A stretch of DNA of 64,000 bases from Orbicella franksi (lineage: Eukaryota), in the NCBI GenBank assembly GCA_964199315.1, contig OZ116707.1, positions 4,464,001 to 4,528,000 on the forward strand, read 5' to 3'. Positions 61,104-64,000 of this stretch are shown piece after piece. Numbering within the stretch: the stretch's first letter is position 1; the number at the start of each line of letters is the position of its first letter. The position numbers and the translations under genes are program-made. The notes below the pieces were generated by a model, which was not told the origin of the DNA, ran no database searches, and worked only from the letters and a program-made list of their open reading frames with translations.

Positions 61104-62932
61104 TCAGTGGGGAATATAACAAGATAATTTGGCTTTTTCAACTGGGTTGATAATGTGTCAGTTATGGCCTAATCATCTAGGCTGAAGTAAATAACTTCAT
61201 ATATTTACTTTTTACCTAAAATTCACAAACTTAACAACCCAGGTCGACCTATCATCTCTGTCTGTAGTTGCCCTACTGAACTCATTTCCAGCTATTTAGA
61301 CAAAATTATGGCACCTATCGTCAAATCTTTACCGTCATATGTTAAAGACAGTCAACACATGCTTCAAATTTCTCACAATTTCAATTTCCTGGGCGAAGAC
61401 AAACTAATTTTCACCATGGATATTATGTCTCTTTACACCATCATCCCAAATGGTAAAGGTTTTCTAGCCCTCAAACATTTTTTCGATTTACGCAGTGTTA
61501 AGGAACCAAGCTCAGAAACACTGCTCAGCCTGGCTGACCTAGTGTTAACACTCAACAGTTTTTCATTCACAGACAATTATAAACAAATAAATGGCGTGGC
61601 TATGGGTACCAAAATGGTACCCAGCTACGCCAATCTTTTCATGTGCTACATTGAACACCAACTTTTTAATCAGTACAACAGTCCCAAACCTGTACTCTAC
61701 CATCACTACATTGACAACTGCATCAGCGCTACCTCTTGTACCAGAGAGGACCCCCAATCAATTTATAACTGCTGTCAATTTGTTTCATCCTGCTCTTAAA
61801 TATACCTGGGAAATTTTCGATACTTCTTTAGCTTTTCTGGATATCAAAGTTTCTATCGAAGGCTGCGGTTTAGCACCAGTGTGCACTACAAAAGCACAGA
61901 TTCTTGTACTTATTTGTATTCATCTTCACATCCATCATATGTCAAGAATTCCATTCCTTATGCTCAGTTTCTTAGACTTCGTCGTCTTTGTAGAGATGAC
62001 TGATTTTTCCTTAAAATCAGAGGAAATGTGCGACTTCTTCGACAAACGTGGCTATCCTGCTTCTGTTGTTCAAGTGGGCCATCATCGTGCCCAACATCTT
62101 GATTGACAGTCAGCACTAGAAATGTCACAGAAGGAAAATAATGATAGAATTCCATTCACCCTCGCATTTCGCCCTCACAACCATGCAGTAAAATCCAACA
62201 TTCTAAAAACCTTTAAATTACCTCAAAATGATCCTGATACTGGTAGAATCTTTTCGCAACCTCCATTAATTTCATTCAAACATTACAAAAACAGGAAACT
62301 TTTTAGTCAGAAGTGCATTCCAAACAAGTGATCAAACCGGAACTTTTAAATGCCCATGCACACGATGCGAAACATGTCCTTTCATTCGAAACTTTGAGCG
62401 ATCCATCGAGATCACTGATTATTTCACCTGTACCTCAGCCAATGTCATCTACTGCATAACTTGCACTTTTTGCCAAAAGTTATACATCGGCAAAACAGGG
62501 AGACGACTAGGCGACCGATTCTGAGCACACCTTCGTGACATAGAGAAAGACGACAAAAATGCATCTAAACCAGTTGCGAGACACTTTAATCTCCCCGATC
62601 ATTCTAAGCAACATATGGTAGTCTGCAGCCTTTCCCTACATCAAGGAAGAACAGAAAGCCGCAAAACTGTAGAACAAAAATTTATTTTTCAAATTGGCAC
62701 TCTTAATCGTCACGGTATCTATGAACGCTTTTCATTCAACTAAAATGTATTCTGTTGTTTTTCAAGTTACCATGCACCAACCAATAGGGTAGCTCCATCT
62801 TTCTGTATATAAACCACACACAACCCACAATTCCTCTATTTGCTCTGACGAAGGGCTAACACTTAAAACGTCAGCTTTCTAACCTCTTTACGGTGGCCAA
62901 TTCACATTATCAACCCAGTTGATAAAACCAAA
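61067..62932 (+). mobile_element. Penelope-like (Neptune-type) retroelement, 5'-truncated, with an inverted 5' segment
   Basis: RT (YFLPKIHK, GRPIIS, FTMDIMSLYT, GVAMGTKM.PSYANLF, YIDN), GIY-YIG (NVIYCITC..C..LYIG.TGRRL..RF..HLR) ending TAA 62743. 13-bp TSD TTAAGTTTGCTAC (61054-61066, 62933-62945); 61120-61158 is the reverse complement of 62903-62934. Confidence 0.9.
62841..62875 (+). ncRNA. Decayed hammerhead ribozyme motif in the PLE terminal repeat
   Basis: CTGACGAAGGGCTAACACTTAAAACGTCAG versus the usual CTGACGAAGGGCTAACGCTCGAAACGTCAG; the catalytic GAAA is lost through CpG-type changes. Confidence 0.7.
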
Positions 62933-63278
62933 TTAAGTTTGCTACCGTCGTCAGTTTTTATATAACAAGTATTAAATTGTTAGTTTGTAGCACATTAGTC
63001 TAAGTGATGAATCATGTACCTTGACTACTCATCTTTCATGTTAAGTTTCTGTTACAGTTGTCAGTTTTTATATAACAGGTATTAAATTGTTAGTTTGTCA
63101 CAAATTACCTAAGTAATGAATTATGTACTTTGACTACTAAGCTTTCATGTTAAGTTTCTGTTACAATTGTCAGTTTGTATAAGATATGAATATGATTCAC
63201 AAAGATAATTTGAACTTTCACATACTAATGATTCCTTACAAATAAATTGTGTTATTGTTCTTGTTGGATGACAATTTC

Positions 63279-64000
63279 CAGGGCTGTCATTAAGGGCCGC
63301 AACCCGTAACACCTGTTACGACTGAGTTCACTTGATGTTACGGGTGAAGATGTCGATGGATGGTACGAACATGCTACACTTACCAAATTTATTTTTAAAC
63401 ATTTCCCTATTGAAATAAACATAACTGTTTCTTGGTGTCTTGTCTCCTTGGTTCTACTATTTATATTTTACCCTGGAGATGAACTTTCAGTTTGCTTAAT
63501 CGTCGTGAATTACTTTTAGACGCCATTTTAAGCAGCAAAACTTATCTTGCAATGCGCTGCTCCTGCCTTTTGAGAAATTCCGCGGACCGATGTAGAGTGT
63601 TGTCCAGGCTGATCGATCGTGTTTGGTCCCGCTCGTGTGTAGAGAAAGTTATGTTTTAATATGAATAAGAGAAAAGAACCCACGTCAAAACAGCCTGGGA
63701 TCGACAGATTTTTTTCTAAATCCCAACGGACCGATGGAAATGAGGAAGCTCACAAAACAGCCAGTCGAAGTGGTCGACAAATACCAGCGATCACAGCTTC
63801 AAGTACTGCAAGGACTTCAGCCACATGCGGGCAGCCTGTAGAACTGAGTATTATGCTACAAAGAGTGGAAGAAAAATTTCCCGAGTCTAGAAATGGTAAA
63901 GCATTTTATTCTTATTACCACTGTAACGGAAAGAGACGTTCAATGTCTGATCCAGCTTATTTGAGCTCCTCTAACGGTAAGATAGCTCAGTAATGTAGAG
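63279..64000 (+). mobile_element. Probable 5' end of a hAT-like DNA transposon
   Basis: CAGGGCTG terminus, subterminal CGTAAC/GTTACG repeats, ORF from 63661 (MNKRKEPTSKQPGIDRFF...). The other end lies outside the window, so the TSD cannot be tested. Confidence 0.45.

Larger units (their letters stand above)
60922..63185. repeat. 110-bp AT-rich tandem satellite (~4 units) split by a Penelope insertion
   Basis: ctttgactactc.tctttcatgttaagttt... at 60922 and 61032, resuming after 62933 with further units. Confidence 0.85.

Overview
AT-rich, intron-containing animal DNA. The repeat families and element types suggest a cnidarian, probably a stony coral (inference from recalled repeat families, not a database result). 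I found no intact host gene, rRNA, tRNA gene or CRISPR array. The window is a dense, nested transposon graveyard. Decayed relics: two Sola3-like multi-exon transposases, Tigger and pogo (Tc1/mariner) elements, a non-autonomous piggyBac, a Kolobok-like relic, a KDZ/Zisupton-like transposase, a Helitron Rep, two Ty3/Gypsy (Mag-like) elements plus a fragment, DIRS/Ngaro pieces, two Penelope-like elements, a tRNA-SINE, MITEs and minisatellites. The youngest and most unusual structure is a non-coding TIR element (termini GAAGAAGC...GCTTCTTC, ~148-bp TIRs, 4-bp TSDs) present twice (38599-41031 and 52649-55338). It carries a hierarchical 12/61/122-bp tandem array with 5 vs 7 units. Both TSDs are confirmed by local empty-site paralogs, and copy 2 is nested in the TIR of a TTAA/GAG Sola3-type MITE that itself splits an older ORF. 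Other notable signals: papain-like (herpes-tegument DUB-like) protease modules tied to two unrelated transposon types, one of them behind a 2A ribosome-skipping motif; an in-frame DIRS-Gypsy chimeric ORF; CpG-dominated divergence between the young twins; and a minus-strand bias of TE relics over ~3-56 kb that could indicate a unistrand piRNA-cluster-like locus. All family assignments come from motif recognition by eye and need HMM/Repbase/Dfam confirmation.
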